From Chthonomonas sp. UBA2362 (GTDB taxonomy: Bacteria; Armatimonadota; Fimbriimonadia; Fimbriimonadales; Fimbriimonadaceae), in the NCBI GenBank assembly GCA_002344135.1, contig DDTO01000008.1:88566-152565 (forward strand): a stretch of DNA of 64,000 nt. The letters are read 5' to 3'. The translations under genes and the position numbers were made by a program. Numbering within the stretch: position 1 is the stretch's first letter; each line of letters starts with the position of its first letter. The notes beneath the pieces were generated by a model. The model did no database searches, was not told the DNA's origin, and was given only the letters and a program-made list of their open reading frames with translations. Of this stretch, positions 1 through 9,739 are shown piece after piece.

Positions 1-406
1 CGTCCCGGAGGTCGAAGCGAGGAACCTCGATCCCATCGGGGAAGGGTCGAAAGGCGTAATCGAACACCCGCCGGATATCCGCCTGGGCTTCGGGCCGAGC
101 ATAGACCGGCATGTCGCGTTTCGATTTCAGGCAGAACGATCGAAGGTCGTCCATTCCCATGATGTGGTCGGCGTGAGTGTGCGTGATCAGGACGGCATCG
201 ACCATTCCGATTCCTTCTCGAAGCAGTTGCAGGCGCAATTCGGGAGCGCAGTCCACGAGCAGGTTGCCCGAGGGACCCTGAAGCAGTAGGGAAGGCCGCG
301 TTCGGTGGTTCTTTGCATTTGCCAGAAACTCGGGCGTATAGTCGACGCCGAGGGTGGGGACTCCGTTGCTCGTCCCCGAGCCGAGAACGATCGCGGTTGC
401 CGTCAC
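1..406 (-). CDS. MBL-fold metallo-hydrolase (N-terminal part; 3' end runs off the left edge)
   Basis: Reverse translation from GTG at 406-404 gives VTATAIVLGSGTSNGVP...DAVLITHTHADHIMG, the HxHxDH zinc motif of the metallo-beta-lactamase fold. The frame is open to position 1. GTGA start/stop overlap with the upstream ORF 403..1008. Confidence 0.7.
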   Translation of the reverse strand, partial: MTATAIVLGSGTSNGVPTLGVDYTPEFLANAKNHRTRPSLLLQGPSGNLLVDCAPELRLQLLREGIGMVDAVLITHTHADHIMGMDDLRSFCLKSKRDMPVYARPEAQADIRRVFDYAFRPFPDGIEVPRFDLRD

Positions 407-1008
407 CGCCCGATCTTATCGCTTACCGCGAGCGCGACGAGGACACTCGGAACCTCCGAGTACTGCGACACCCTTTCCAGGCACCGAGCATAGTTGCGCT
501 CGGCGAGATCGTCGTTGATCGGCATCGACTTGCGGGCTTCGACGATGAGGTCGATCGCCTCGACGAAGAACGAAGCGCGGTTCTGGGGCAGCGACTTATT
601 GGGGACGGCGGCGTACTTGCGGGTCAGCTGCTCGTAGATCGTTTCCCAACTGGTGCGGGCCTGAATCTCCGCCATCTGGCGATTGATGGCCTGTTCCTGG
701 AGCCTCCGCGCTTCCAAGTCTCGGCGTTTCTCGGTCTCCCAGTCGGTCATCGACGTGCCGTTGATCACGCGGAGTTTGACCTCTTGGCCAAGACGCGCCG
801 ACATCGCCTTCTCGATCAGCAGCCGAGTGGCCGGCAGCTTCAGGTGTCCGGCGAGGTCGGATTCTTCATGCGGGACCCCAAGAACGAAGACGTCGTCCTC
901 GAGGATGACCGGCTTGGAGGTGTTCAACGCCGCCCAAACACCCACGCCGGTGACCCCGTTCCGGACCTCCGGCAGCGCCTCATTCCAGACCTGGGTCACG
1001 TCCGACAT
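403..1008 (-). CDS. hypothetical protein
   Basis: 201-aa ORF with ATG start, translationally coupled (4-nt overlap) to the MBL gene. No motif I can name confidently. Confidence 0.5.
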   Translation of the reverse strand: MSDVTQVWNEALPEVRNGVTGVGVWAALNTSKPVILEDDVFVLGVPHEESDLAGHLKLPATRLLIEKAMSARLGQEVKLRVINGTSMTDWETEKRRDLEARRLQEQAINRQMAEIQARTSWETIYEQLTRKYAAVPNKSLPQNRASFFVEAIDLIVEARKSMPINDDLAERNYARCLERVSQYSEVPSVLVALAVSDKIGR

Positions 1009-1017
1009 CGGGAGAGA

Positions 1018-1503
1018 TTATAGTACGGCGTCCTTCGGCGGTGCCGGGCGCGGGGTGAAGCTGGAAAGCCAGTCGCCCTCGTAGGTGACATCTCCCCACA
1101 TCCCCTCACCGGAGGCGCAGAAGACGGGGAAGGCGGTCTCGAACTCTGCCTGCCGCCCGTCGGGAAAGAGGACTCGAACGTAGTAGCGCAGTTCGGGAAT
1201 GTCGACATCTTCGATCGTGAACAGCATCTCGCCGAGCTGATTGATCCCGAAACGCGCCATGACCTGGACTCCGGTTGCCAGCTTCTTGTCGGCGGTCCGA
1301 TCTTCGCGCAGCTTGGCATGACCGCTCGTCAGGCTCCAGGCGACGGCAATGAACCCAAGGAGATCGAGCAGCCCGCCGGCCAGAATCAGCGGGGTCCTGC
1401 CCCCGACGAAGCCGACGAGCAACAGGACTGCCCCGAAACCCATGCTGATGAGCCCGAACAGCATGAGCTTCCCCACGAACTCCTGCCTTTGTGGGTCCAG
1501 CAT
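1018..1503 (-). CDS. hypothetical membrane protein
   Basis: 161-aa ORF. Two N-terminal hydrophobic helices (LMLFGLISMGFGAVLLLVGFV, LILAGGLLDLLGFIAVAW). 9-nt gap to the next ORF on the same strand. Confidence 0.5.
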   Translation of the reverse strand: MLDPQRQEFVGKLMLFGLISMGFGAVLLLVGFVGGRTPLILAGGLLDLLGFIAVAWSLTSGHAKLREDRTADKKLATGVQVMARFGINQLGEMLFTIEDVDIPELRYYVRVLFPDGRQAEFETAFPVFCASGEGMWGDVTYEGDWLSSFTPRPAPPKDAVL

Positions 1504-1596
1504 GTCGAATTATGGGCCGATCGGAAAGTTACCGGTCTTTGGGACGGTTAGAGGGTTGGCATGGCAACTGCAAGGTAGTTGCGTCGGAGCATGCTT

Positions 1597-2253
1597 ATGA
1601 CCAAACCTATCCTCGCATTGACGCTCGCAGCGTCGGTGGTGCCTGCCACCGCGCTGCCTACTCTCGACATTATCGGAACCGGCAAGGGCAAGAACACCAA
1701 GATCTCCCTCAACTTCGGCTCCGACTACGATTCGGTCTTCGCCGGCGAGCTCAATCTGGAACTGATCACCGGCATGGGGACGACCCAGTTTCGCGGCTTC
1801 TGCACGGACGCCGATCTTCGGGCGCCCGGTGGTTCCTGGGGTATCCAGATTCTCGACACGAACAGTCTCAACCCGTACGGCTCTCGGATCGCGTATCTCG
1901 TCAACAAGTACTTGCCCGGTATCACCGCCACGGGAACGAACGACGAAGGCCGCGCCTTGCAACTGGCGATCTGGGAACTGTCCGAGGAGTCGAGCAATAC
2001 GTTCGATCTAACCGGCGGTTCATTCCGAGCGAGCGAGACGAACGGAAACCCCCTCTCGGCGGCGACGCTGAACTGGACCCAAACCTATCTCGCCGATATG
2101 GGTAGCGGCGTGGGTCCGTTCTACGCATCGAACCTCAACTCCAACAACCGCCAGTTCAGCCAGAACATGGTGACCGCCGTGCCGGAGCCCGCGTCGATCG
2201 CCGCGATCGGCCTCGGCCTCGCAACCCTTTTGCGACGCCGCCGGCGGCGCTAG
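1597..2253 (+). CDS. PEP-CTERM-anchored secreted protein with thioester-domain-like motifs
   Basis: Signal-peptide-like N-terminus (MTKPILALTLAASVVPATA). The C-terminus VPEPASIAAIGLGLATLLRRRRRR is a textbook PEP-CTERM (VPEP + TM helix + Arg cluster). GGAG sits 8 nt upstream of ATG 1597; the ORF track starts at TTG 1579. FCTD (Cys codon 1801-1803) and LQLAIW (Gln codon 1960-1962) are also present. Confidence 0.75.
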   Translation: MTKPILALTLAASVVPATALPTLDIIGTGKGKNTKISLNFGSDYDSVFAGELNLELITGMGTTQFRGFCTDADLRAPGGSWGIQILDTNSLNPYGSRIAYLVNKYLPGITATGTNDEGRALQLAIWELSEESSNTFDLTGGSFRASETNGNPLSAATLNWTQTYLADMGSGVGPFYASNLNSNNRQFSQNMVTAVPEPASIAAIGLGLATLLRRRRRR

Positions 2254-2276
2254 GGTCGACCCTTCATAATGGAGCC

Positions 2277-2915
2277 ATGACAACCGCTTGGGTCATGGCT
2301 CTTCTCGCGCTTGGACAGACGATCGACAGGCTCCCGACCGACGATGTGTGGGTCTATCCTCATGCCTCGGATGTCAAGGACGCCTATCTGAGAACGTGGG
2401 GAGCCAACGGGAAGGCCGTTGCCGGGAAGGACGATGCCCTCGACGAGTTCTCGTATTCGTATCTCCGGTTCGATCTGACGGGCCTGCCCGAAGGGGTGCT
2501 GAAGGAAGCCAAGCTGATCCTGACCGCGACCGCCGACCCTGGCTGGACCACGTCGGATCTCAAAGCGACTCCGATCCAGGCAAGGTTGGCCGCCGGCAAC
2601 CTCGCGGAAAAGGACTGGTCTTACGACGCACTTGCCGCCAAGCTGTCGCCCTCCGAGGCCGCCGAGGCGGTGTTTGGAGTCTCGACGGCTGGACCCATCG
2701 AGAAGGGCAAGGAGCCGACGCTGACGATCGACCTCATGCAAGGTCCAGCGAAGTTCGCCGACGCCTTCGGTGCGGCTCGAAAATCGGGCTTCGTGGTCTT
2801 CGCCCTGACGTCCGCGTTGAACCCCGCCGAAGTGGGTCGCACGGCGATTTACAAGTTCTATTCCAAGGACGGGCCCGAGAAGTTTCGGCCCGTGCTGCGG
2901 CTCGTCTTCGATTAA
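2277..2915 (+). CDS. hypothetical secreted protein
   Basis: 212-aa ORF with a short hydrophobic N-terminus. SYSYLRFDLTGLP resembles the LRFDL core of DNRLRE-type secreted domains (weak). Its stop region overlaps the nuoG stop region by 4 nt (convergent). Confidence 0.5.
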   Translation: MTTAWVMALLALGQTIDRLPTDDVWVYPHASDVKDAYLRTWGANGKAVAGKDDALDEFSYSYLRFDLTGLPEGVLKEAKLILTATADPGWTTSDLKATPIQARLAAGNLAEKDWSYDALAAKLSPSEAAEAVFGVSTAGPIEKGKEPTLTIDLMQGPAKFADAFGAARKSGFVVFALTSALNPAEVGRTAIYKFYSKDGPEKFRPVLRLVFD

Positions 2916-5107
2916 AGGCGAGTTCCTTCGTGCCCGAGTCGGTCGTAGCGGGCGACCTCGAACGCCGGGGCCACCCGTGCGATTTCTTCCATGATCTCCT
3001 CGGCGCTGAAGAACGGAGTCTGCGGTTGCGCCCGCAGCATGGCTTCGGCAAAAATGCGCCAGGCCGGCTTGGCGTCGCCAGCATCGGGGATTACCTGCCG
3101 CAGTCGCTGGACCCTTCGCTCCATGTTCGTGTACGTCCCGTCCTGCTCGGCGGGGCCTAGCATGGGGAGGATCACACTGGCGTATGAAGTGGCCTCGGTT
3201 TCGACGATGTCCTGGACGACCAAGAACTCAACGCCTTCGAGGGCTCGTTGAACAAGGTCGCGATCGGCGTGAAGGGCGAATGGATCGCAGCCGACCAGCC
3301 ATAGGGCCTTGATGCGACCGTCGGCGCAGGCCCGCAGCAATTCGTGGGTCCCTAGACCTGGTTCCCTCGGGATCTCGATTCCCATCGTCCGACCGACCTC
3401 CGCCGCGGCTTCGGCGTCGGCGAGTGCCACTCCGCTCGGAAGGAGTTCGGGATGAATGCCGAGTTCGAGCGCGCCCTGGTCGTTCGCCCCAAGGGCGTAG
3501 AGATTGAACTCGGCGCGAAGGCACATGGCGAGTCCGGCAAGGTATTCGAGCGTGCCTTGGGCGTCGGCTACATCGAGCAGCCGGTGGGTCGTCACGATCG
3601 CCGCGTTCGGGCCGAGAATGTCGGCGGCTTCGCGGATTCGATCTTCTGGAACACCGGTCGCAGAGGCAGCCGCGCTCGGCGAGTAGCGCTTCAAGTCCTC
3701 GCGGACAGGATCGGGAACGGTCGCCCTCCCGCTCTCCACCGCTGCCGCGAGAAGCCCACCAGCGAGGGCCATTTCCGTGCCAGGTCGATATCGCAGCACG
3801 AGGTGGGCGAACGAATCGGCGTCGGTGTCGCGGTCACATGCGACGACCACCTTGGTCCCATTCTTGAACCACGCTTTGCGAAGGCGCAAGAAGAGGATCG
3901 GCTCCTCGTCGGCCAAAGAAGTACCGATAGCGAGGACGGCCGATTTGTGCTCGAACGCCTCGATCGAGGTTGCAACGGTCGGCATCCCCATTTTGGACTC
4001 GAGTCGATCCGACGCTGCGGAGAGGTGCCGGGTCCATCGGTGGTCGAGGTTGTTGCTTCTAAATACACCTCGGAACAGCTTCTGCAGGAGGTAGTACGAC
4101 TCGTTCGAGACCATCGGCCCGGTGAGTGCCGCGACCGCGTTTCCGCCGGGCTCGAACGCCTCCAAGATGGCGGCATACGCTTCGGCCCAGTTCGCGGTCC
4201 GAAGGGCATCTTCCTTCCGCAAGGCGGGCGCGAGCAACCGCTTCGGACTGTTGTAGAAGTCGTGGCCGAACTTGCCGCGATCGCAGGTCCACTCTTCGTT
4301 GACCGCCTCGTTGACGCGCCCGTTGAGCCGGACGAACTTCCCGACGCGATAGTCGAACCAGACGCTGCAGCCGTTCGAGCAGACCGTGCAGATCGCCGGT
4401 TTCGTCTCGAGATCCCAGGGTCGCGCGCGAAACCGGTACTTGGTCGAAGTGAGCGCTCCGACCGGGCAGATCTCGATGACATTGCCGCTGAACTTGGATT
4501 CGAACTCGGTCAGTTGGAAGCTGGTCGGTTGCATGTTGGCGCCGCGGAAGCGGAACGCCAGCTGCGCATCCCCACTGATCTCTTCGGTGAAGCGGACACA
4601 GCGCCCGCACTGAATGCAGCGCTCTAGGTCGAGCGTGACGTATCGGCTCAGCGGGAACGCCTTGGGAAGGTGGCGCTTCAACTCGATGAATCGGCTCGTG
4701 GAGGGTCCGTAGAAGAGCGTGTTGTTCTGGAGCGGGCACTCGCCGCCGCGGTCACAGATCGGGCAGTCCAGCGGGTGGTTGATGAGCAGAAACTCGAGGA
4801 CACCCCGTCTGTCCTTGTGGACGAGTTCGGTGTCCGTGTAAACGGCCATTCCTTCGCTTGCGGGTAGGGTGCAGCCGGCCTGAGGCTTGGGCATCTTGCG
4901 CACGCTTCCGTCGGGTTGCTTGAATCCCACCTCGACGAGACACATGCGGCACATCCCGACCGGCTTCATCCGCGAGTGGTAGCAGAAGATCGGGATTTCG
5001 AGCCCGAGCCGCTTGACGGCGTCGACGATCAGTTCGCCCTTGGGGACCTCGATCTCGACGTCGTTGATCGAAATGGTGACCGTATCGGTGGTAGGTGCCG
5101 CTGCCAT
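2912..5107 (-). CDS. nuoG: NADH-quinone oxidoreductase subunit G-like (2Fe-2S / 4Fe-4S / molybdopterin-fold)
   Basis: From ATG 5107: MAAAPTTDTVTISINDVEIEVPKGELIVDAV...CYHSRMKPVGMCRMCLVEV, HPLDCPICDRGGECPLQ, CIQCGRCVRF, CPVGAL, CTVCSNGC. These are the canonical NuoG/Nqo3 Fe-S cysteine clusters. The 62-aa N-terminal extension in the ORF track lacks similarity and I trimmed it. Confidence 0.85.
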   Translation of the reverse strand: MAAAPTTDTVTISINDVEIEVPKGELIVDAVKRLGLEIPIFCYHSRMKPVGMCRMCLVEVGFKQPDGSVRKMPKPQAGCTLPASEGMAVYTDTELVHKDRRGVLEFLLINHPLDCPICDRGGECPLQNNTLFYGPSTSRFIELKRHLPKAFPLSRYVTLDLERCIQCGRCVRFTEEISGDAQLAFRFRGANMQPTSFQLTEFESKFSGNVIEICPVGALTSTKYRFRARPWDLETKPAICTVCSNGCSVWFDYRVGKFVRLNGRVNEAVNEEWTCDRGKFGHDFYNSPKRLLAPALRKEDALRTANWAEAYAAILEAFEPGGNAVAALTGPMVSNESYYLLQKLFRGVFRSNNLDHRWTRHLSAASDRLESKMGMPTVATSIEAFEHKSAVLAIGTSLADEEPILFLRLRKAWFKNGTKVVVACDRDTDADSFAHLVLRYRPGTEMALAGGLLAAAVESGRATVPDPVREDLKRYSPSAAASATGVPEDRIREAADILGPNAAIVTTHRLLDVADAQGTLEYLAGLAMCLRAEFNLYALGANDQGALELGIHPELLPSGVALADAEAAAEVGRTMGIEIPREPGLGTHELLRACADGRIKALWLVGCDPFALHADRDLVQRALEGVEFLVVQDIVETEATSYASVILPMLGPAEQDGTYTNMERRVQRLRQVIPDAGDAKPAWRIFAEAMLRAQPQTPFFSAEEIMEEIARVAPAFEVARYDRLGHEGTRL

Positions 5108-5252
5108 CGCGTGCCTCTTGTACCCGTTTTGAGGCCGAACCGGGGCGATGGTGACGCGCACCCATCGAGTCGCCCATCGGGCCGGACCCCGAAGCGAGAT
5201 TCGCGGGGGACGGTTATAATCCTCGTTTACCTTTCCCAACGGAGCGAAGCGA

Positions 5253-7325
5253 GTGAAGCAATATCCAGCCGATAAGATCAGAAACGTTGCCATTGTCGGT
5301 CACGGCGGGTCGGGCAAGACGATGCTCGTCGAGCATCTGCTCTACACCGCCGGAGCCATCGAGCGAGTCGGCACTGTCGACGCCGGCACCAGCCAAAGCG
5401 ACCACGACCCGCTCGAAATTCGGCGCAAGATCAGCCTGAGCGCCAGCGTTCTGCCGATCGAGTGGCACGATCACAAGATCAACCTGATCGACGTGCCTGG
5501 CTACCCCGATTTCATCGGTGACCTACATGCGGTGGCCCAAGTCGTCGAGTCGATGATCATCGTCTGCGAGGCAAAGAAGGATATCGACGTCGGCTTCGAT
5601 CTCGCCTGGGAAGTGGCCGAGAAGCACGGCCTGGCACGATGCATCTTCGTCAACAAGCTCGAGCGTGATAACGCCGACTACGAGGGCCTGATTACGACGC
5701 TCCACGAGCGATACGGCAGCAAGATCGTCAACGTGCAGATTCCGATCGGCCACCAGGCCGCCTTTAGCGGGGTTCTCGACCTGCTCAACATGAAGGTCTA
5801 TAAGGGCAAAGACCGAGGCGTCGAAATCGAGGATGCGCCCGCCGGATATCAGGAAGCCGCCCAGGAGCGACGCGAGAAAATGATGGATGCCGCCGCCGAA
5901 GGCGACGACGATCTGATGCTGAAGTACCTCGATGGGCAGCAGCTTACGACCGAAGAGATCGAGCACGGCCTCCTCGTCGGAACTGAGACCGGCCGCGTCG
6001 TGCCCGTGTTGCTGGGCTCGGCGTTGAGCGGCATCGGTGTGGCGACCCTCTTGGACCGGATCATTGGCGAGCTTCCGAGTCCCGTCGAGGTGCCCAAGAC
6101 CTTCGATGGGAAAGCGTTTTCGCCCGACCCCAACGCTCCCCTCGCGGGCTATGTATTCAAGTCGACCGCCGACCCCTATGTGGGCAAGATCAACTACGTC
6201 CGCATCTTCCAAGGCACGCTCAAGGTGGACGACCACGTTTGGAACGTGGTCAAGGAGAAGGATGAGCGGGTCCACAACCTTTTCTTCCCTCACGGCAAGG
6301 GTCAGGAGGCGGCGACCGTCGTCACTGCCGGCGATATCTGCGCGATCGCTAAACTGCAGGTGACAGGCACCTGCGATACGCTCTCGACGCAAAAGGACAA
6401 GATCGCCATTCCTCCGATCGACTTTCCCGAGCCGATATACCGCATCGCCATCAAGCCGGTGAGCAAGCCCGATGAGGACAAACTCGGTCCGGCGCTCATG
6501 AAGCTCCTCGACGAGGATCCCACCTTACGATATGTCAGGGATGCGACGCTGCACCAGGAGATTCTCGAAGGAATGGGCGACATCCACCTCGACTCGGCCA
6601 TCGAAAAACTAAAGGCCCGTTTCGGAGTGAACGTCACCACCGACGAAGCCAAGGTGCCCTACAAGGAAACGATCCGGGCCGGCGCTAAGGCCCAGGGACG
6701 CCACAAGCGGCAGACCGGTGGCAAGGGACAGTTCGGCGATTGCTGGCTGGAACTGCAGCCACTCCCGCGAGGCGACGGTTTCTCGTTCGAGAACAAAGTC
6801 GTCGGCGGTGCGATTCCGAAGAACTTCATTCCGGCCGTCGAGAAGGGCGTTCGCGAGACCCTCGAGAAGGGATTCCTCGCTGGCTATCAGGTCGTCGATG
6901 TCAAGGCGACCGTTTACGATGGCTCGTACCACGACGTCGACTCGAGCGAGCAAGCCTTCAAGCTCGCTGCCGCGATCGCATTCAGGTCGGCCGCTTCGAA
7001 CGCGCAGCCGGTTATCCTCGAGCCGATCCTCCAACTGGAGGTGGACGTGCCCGATGAGTGCGTGGGTGACGTCGTGGGAGACCTCAATGGTCGCCGCGGA
7101 CGTCTTCAAGGGATGGACCCGCTATCGCCCGGCAAGACGCTGGTGCGAGCTCAGGTTCCGCTCGCGACGATGGGCAGGTACGCGCTCGACCTGCGCTCGA
7201 TTACGAAGGGCAGGGGTCGATTCAAACAGACGTTCTCGCACTACGACGAACTTCCGCCGACCGACTCGCAGAACCTGATCAAGGAGTACGAGAAGCAGCG
7301 GGCCGCCCACGAGGACGATCACTAG
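5253..7325 (+). CDS. elongation factor G family GTPase (EF-G paralogue)
   Basis: 690 aa with GTG start. G1 motif VGHGGSGKT, DVPGYPDF (G3), NKLERD (G4). EF-G domains II-V are recognisable (GDICAIAKL, YRIAIKP, GELHLD-like GDIHLDSAIEKLK, HDVDSSE). Confidence 0.85.
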   Translation: MKQYPADKIRNVAIVGHGGSGKTMLVEHLLYTAGAIERVGTVDAGTSQSDHDPLEIRRKISLSASVLPIEWHDHKINLIDVPGYPDFIGDLHAVAQVVESMIIVCEAKKDIDVGFDLAWEVAEKHGLARCIFVNKLERDNADYEGLITTLHERYGSKIVNVQIPIGHQAAFSGVLDLLNMKVYKGKDRGVEIEDAPAGYQEAAQERREKMMDAAAEGDDDLMLKYLDGQQLTTEEIEHGLLVGTETGRVVPVLLGSALSGIGVATLLDRIIGELPSPVEVPKTFDGKAFSPDPNAPLAGYVFKSTADPYVGKINYVRIFQGTLKVDDHVWNVVKEKDERVHNLFFPHGKGQEAATVVTAGDICAIAKLQVTGTCDTLSTQKDKIAIPPIDFPEPIYRIAIKPVSKPDEDKLGPALMKLLDEDPTLRYVRDATLHQEILEGMGDIHLDSAIEKLKARFGVNVTTDEAKVPYKETIRAGAKAQGRHKRQTGGKGQFGDCWLELQPLPRGDGFSFENKVVGGAIPKNFIPAVEKGVRETLEKGFLAGYQVVDVKATVYDGSYHDVDSSEQAFKLAAAIAFRSAASNAQPVILEPILQLEVDVPDECVGDVVGDLNGRRGRLQGMDPLSPGKTLVRAQVPLATMGRYALDLRSITKGRGRFKQTFSHYDELPPTDSQNLIKEYEKQRAAHEDDH

Positions 7326-9739
7326 AACAGGGTAGCCACCTCTCGCGGCAGGGGGTCTCCGTCGGGAACGTCGGAGACCACTGTCGAATGCGTCTTCGGG
7401 TCGAGCCGCACGTAGAGGCATTGGTCGGCCACTTGGTTGATGTCCTCGATATGGCTGATGACGAGGATCTGGTCGAATCGCCCCTTGAGCGCACTCAATC
7501 GCTCGAGGACGTTCGCGCGGCGGCTCTCGTCGAGGCTCCCGAAGACTTCATCGAGGATGAGCAAGGTGAGCGGAACGCCATTGCGTTCCTGGATCAGCTC
7601 GGCGAGGGCGAGACGGAGGGAAATCGCCAGCACGTCTTCCTCGCCCCCCGAGATCACTTGTTTAGTGAGGTCGCCGTCGTAGAGGGTCGCCTCGAAGTTC
7701 TCGTCGATCCGAATGCGAGGATAACGCCCATCGGTGAGGGCGGCTAGATTGTCGCCCGCGCGCGACTCGAGTTCGGGCCGAATCTCTTGGTTGAGTCTCT
7801 CGCCCAGAACTTCCAACTGGCGCCTCGTTTCCTCGAGATGTGTCTGCTCGGAGCGGATCGCTTCGAGTTCCTTCTGAATCTCCTGAATTCGCTTCAGCCT
7901 CTCCTCGGCCTCGCGGACCGCCTTCTCGGCCTCCGACGCGGACCTCTTGGCTGCATCGAGCTTCGCGCGGGCCGCGGCGAGCATCTGGGCGAGCGTCTCA
8001 TGCTCGGCGATCGCCTTCCTCGCGCCATCGATCGACTCGAAACCCATCGTTTGGAGTTCGCCCTTTAGCCTATCGTGTTCGGACTTGGCCTCGGCCAATT
8101 CCGACTCTGCCTTCTTGGAGCGTTCCTTGGCTTCGGCGAGCCGGTCGGGGGCGCCCGCCAATTCCACACGCCGAAGAAATCTCGGCTCAAGTTCGGCTTT
8201 CTTCTGTGCAAGGAGAGCGAGGGCCGCTTGATCGAACGGGACGGTCCGGCTCTTGATCTCTTGAAGAAGGCGACTGTGCTCGGCTCGCTCTTTCGCAAGG
8301 CTTTCTGCCGCTTTACGATAGATCTCGGCCTGTCCCTTCGCTCGTTCGTGGGCGGTTTGGGCCTCGGTGTGAGCCTTCTCGGCCTCGGCCTGGGTCTTTC
8401 GCGCAGTTTGGATGACTGCCGGCTCGGCTTCCAGGCTGCCGACCCGGGTCCGGGCCACTTCCAACCGCTTCGATAGCTCGGCCACCTCCGCCCGCTTGCT
8501 GTCCAGGGCGTCCTGGTACTCGGGGCCGATCGCCTGCAGGCATTCCGGGCAGATGCCCTTGGCCGCCATTACTTCCGCTTTGGCCAGCTGCTTCGAAGCG
8601 GTGGCGTGGCTGGTGGAAGCGGACTGAAAGTCGGCCTGCGCATCACGTCGCTGGCAATTCCAATCCTCCTCGAGTTGCCGGAGTTCGGCTCGCGCTTTGT
8701 CTAGTTTTTGGAGGGCTTGGGAGATCGTGTGCTTCGAGGCTTCGAGATCGGCGTTGACCAAATGGACAAGACTCTTCTCGCTTTCGGCTATCCGCTCGGC
8801 GAGTTGCTTCGCTCGATCCTGGCGAAGAATTTGCTCCTCGCCTTGAGCCCGAAGGGCTTCCATCTTGGCGATCTCCCCTAGGATCTTCTGAAACTCGCGC
8901 TCGACCGGTTCGAGAGCGTCGTATTCCTCGACGTCTCGAGTTGCCGTCGAAACGGCTTGCGTTGCCCCGCCGAGATTCCTGCTGAGGATCCCGTGTCGCT
9001 CACGGAGGGCGATCATCGCTTCGTGATGTCTGCGATAGGTTTCGGCTCGTTTCCGCAGAGCCTTGGCTTCGCCCTCACGCTTGATGAGGTCCGCCATTTC
9101 GCGTTCTGCCGATTCCGCGTCCTTCGTGCGATCAGCGAACGTTTTCCTAGCCCCGTCGAGACTCGATTTCGCCTCCTCTGGGTCGGGCATGCCACGCTGG
9201 AGGCCGTCGGCGTGACCCTTGGCATCTCTAGCCGAGTTTTTGCACGATTCCGCCGCGGACTTCAGGCGATCGTAGCCGAGCATCCGGGCGATCTCCTCGC
9301 GGAGCCGATCCGATTGGAAGTCGAGAAACTTCAAGCGCTTTTGTTCGGCGCAGAAGCTGTTGACGAACTGGTGATAGCTGAGGCGAAGCAGCCGCTGAAC
9401 GGCTCTCTTCACTTCGCTCAAGCTTTTGGCTCGCCTCACCGGTTCAGGCCCGGTGGTGTCCGAAAGTTCGGCGTCCTTCTCCGTACGGACGACATGGTAT
9501 CTTCGGCCGTCGAACGAGAACACGAGTTCGACCTTGAACTTCTCGCCCGGCGCATAGAGGTGGCGGACGGTGTCCTTCGTTTTGCGGAGTTCTCCATAGA
9601 GAGCGAAGGTGATCGCCTCAAGGATCGTCGTCTTGCCGCTCCCATTGGCCCCGACGATCGCAGTCATTCCATCGCGAAAGTGGATGGACGACTCGCGGTG
9701 CTGGCGAAAGTTCTCAAGCTTCAGCGAGATTAGTTTCAT
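7322..9739 (-). CDS. sbcC: SbcC/Rad50-type SMC ATPase
   Basis: N-terminal Walker A (IVGANGSGKTTILEAI). Long Ala/Glu/Lys/Arg coiled coil with a central CxxC zinc hook (KGICPECLQ). C-terminal signature/Walker B (SGGEEDVLAISLRLALA...LLILDEVFGSLD). Overlaps the sbcD stop by 26 nt. Confidence 0.8.
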   Translation of the reverse strand: MKLISLKLENFRQHRESSIHFRDGMTAIVGANGSGKTTILEAITFALYGELRKTKDTVRHLYAPGEKFKVELVFSFDGRRYHVVRTEKDAELSDTTGPEPVRRAKSLSEVKRAVQRLLRLSYHQFVNSFCAEQKRLKFLDFQSDRLREEIARMLGYDRLKSAAESCKNSARDAKGHADGLQRGMPDPEEAKSSLDGARKTFADRTKDAESAEREMADLIKREGEAKALRKRAETYRRHHEAMIALRERHGILSRNLGGATQAVSTATRDVEEYDALEPVEREFQKILGEIAKMEALRAQGEEQILRQDRAKQLAERIAESEKSLVHLVNADLEASKHTISQALQKLDKARAELRQLEEDWNCQRRDAQADFQSASTSHATASKQLAKAEVMAAKGICPECLQAIGPEYQDALDSKRAEVAELSKRLEVARTRVGSLEAEPAVIQTARKTQAEAEKAHTEAQTAHERAKGQAEIYRKAAESLAKERAEHSRLLQEIKSRTVPFDQAALALLAQKKAELEPRFLRRVELAGAPDRLAEAKERSKKAESELAEAKSEHDRLKGELQTMGFESIDGARKAIAEHETLAQMLAAARAKLDAAKRSASEAEKAVREAEERLKRIQEIQKELEAIRSEQTHLEETRRQLEVLGERLNQEIRPELESRAGDNLAALTDGRYPRIRIDENFEATLYDGDLTKQVISGGEEDVLAISLRLALAELIQERNGVPLTLLILDEVFGSLDESRRANVLERLSALKGRFDQILVISHIEDINQVADQCLYVRLDPKTHSTVVSDVPDGDPLPREVATLF

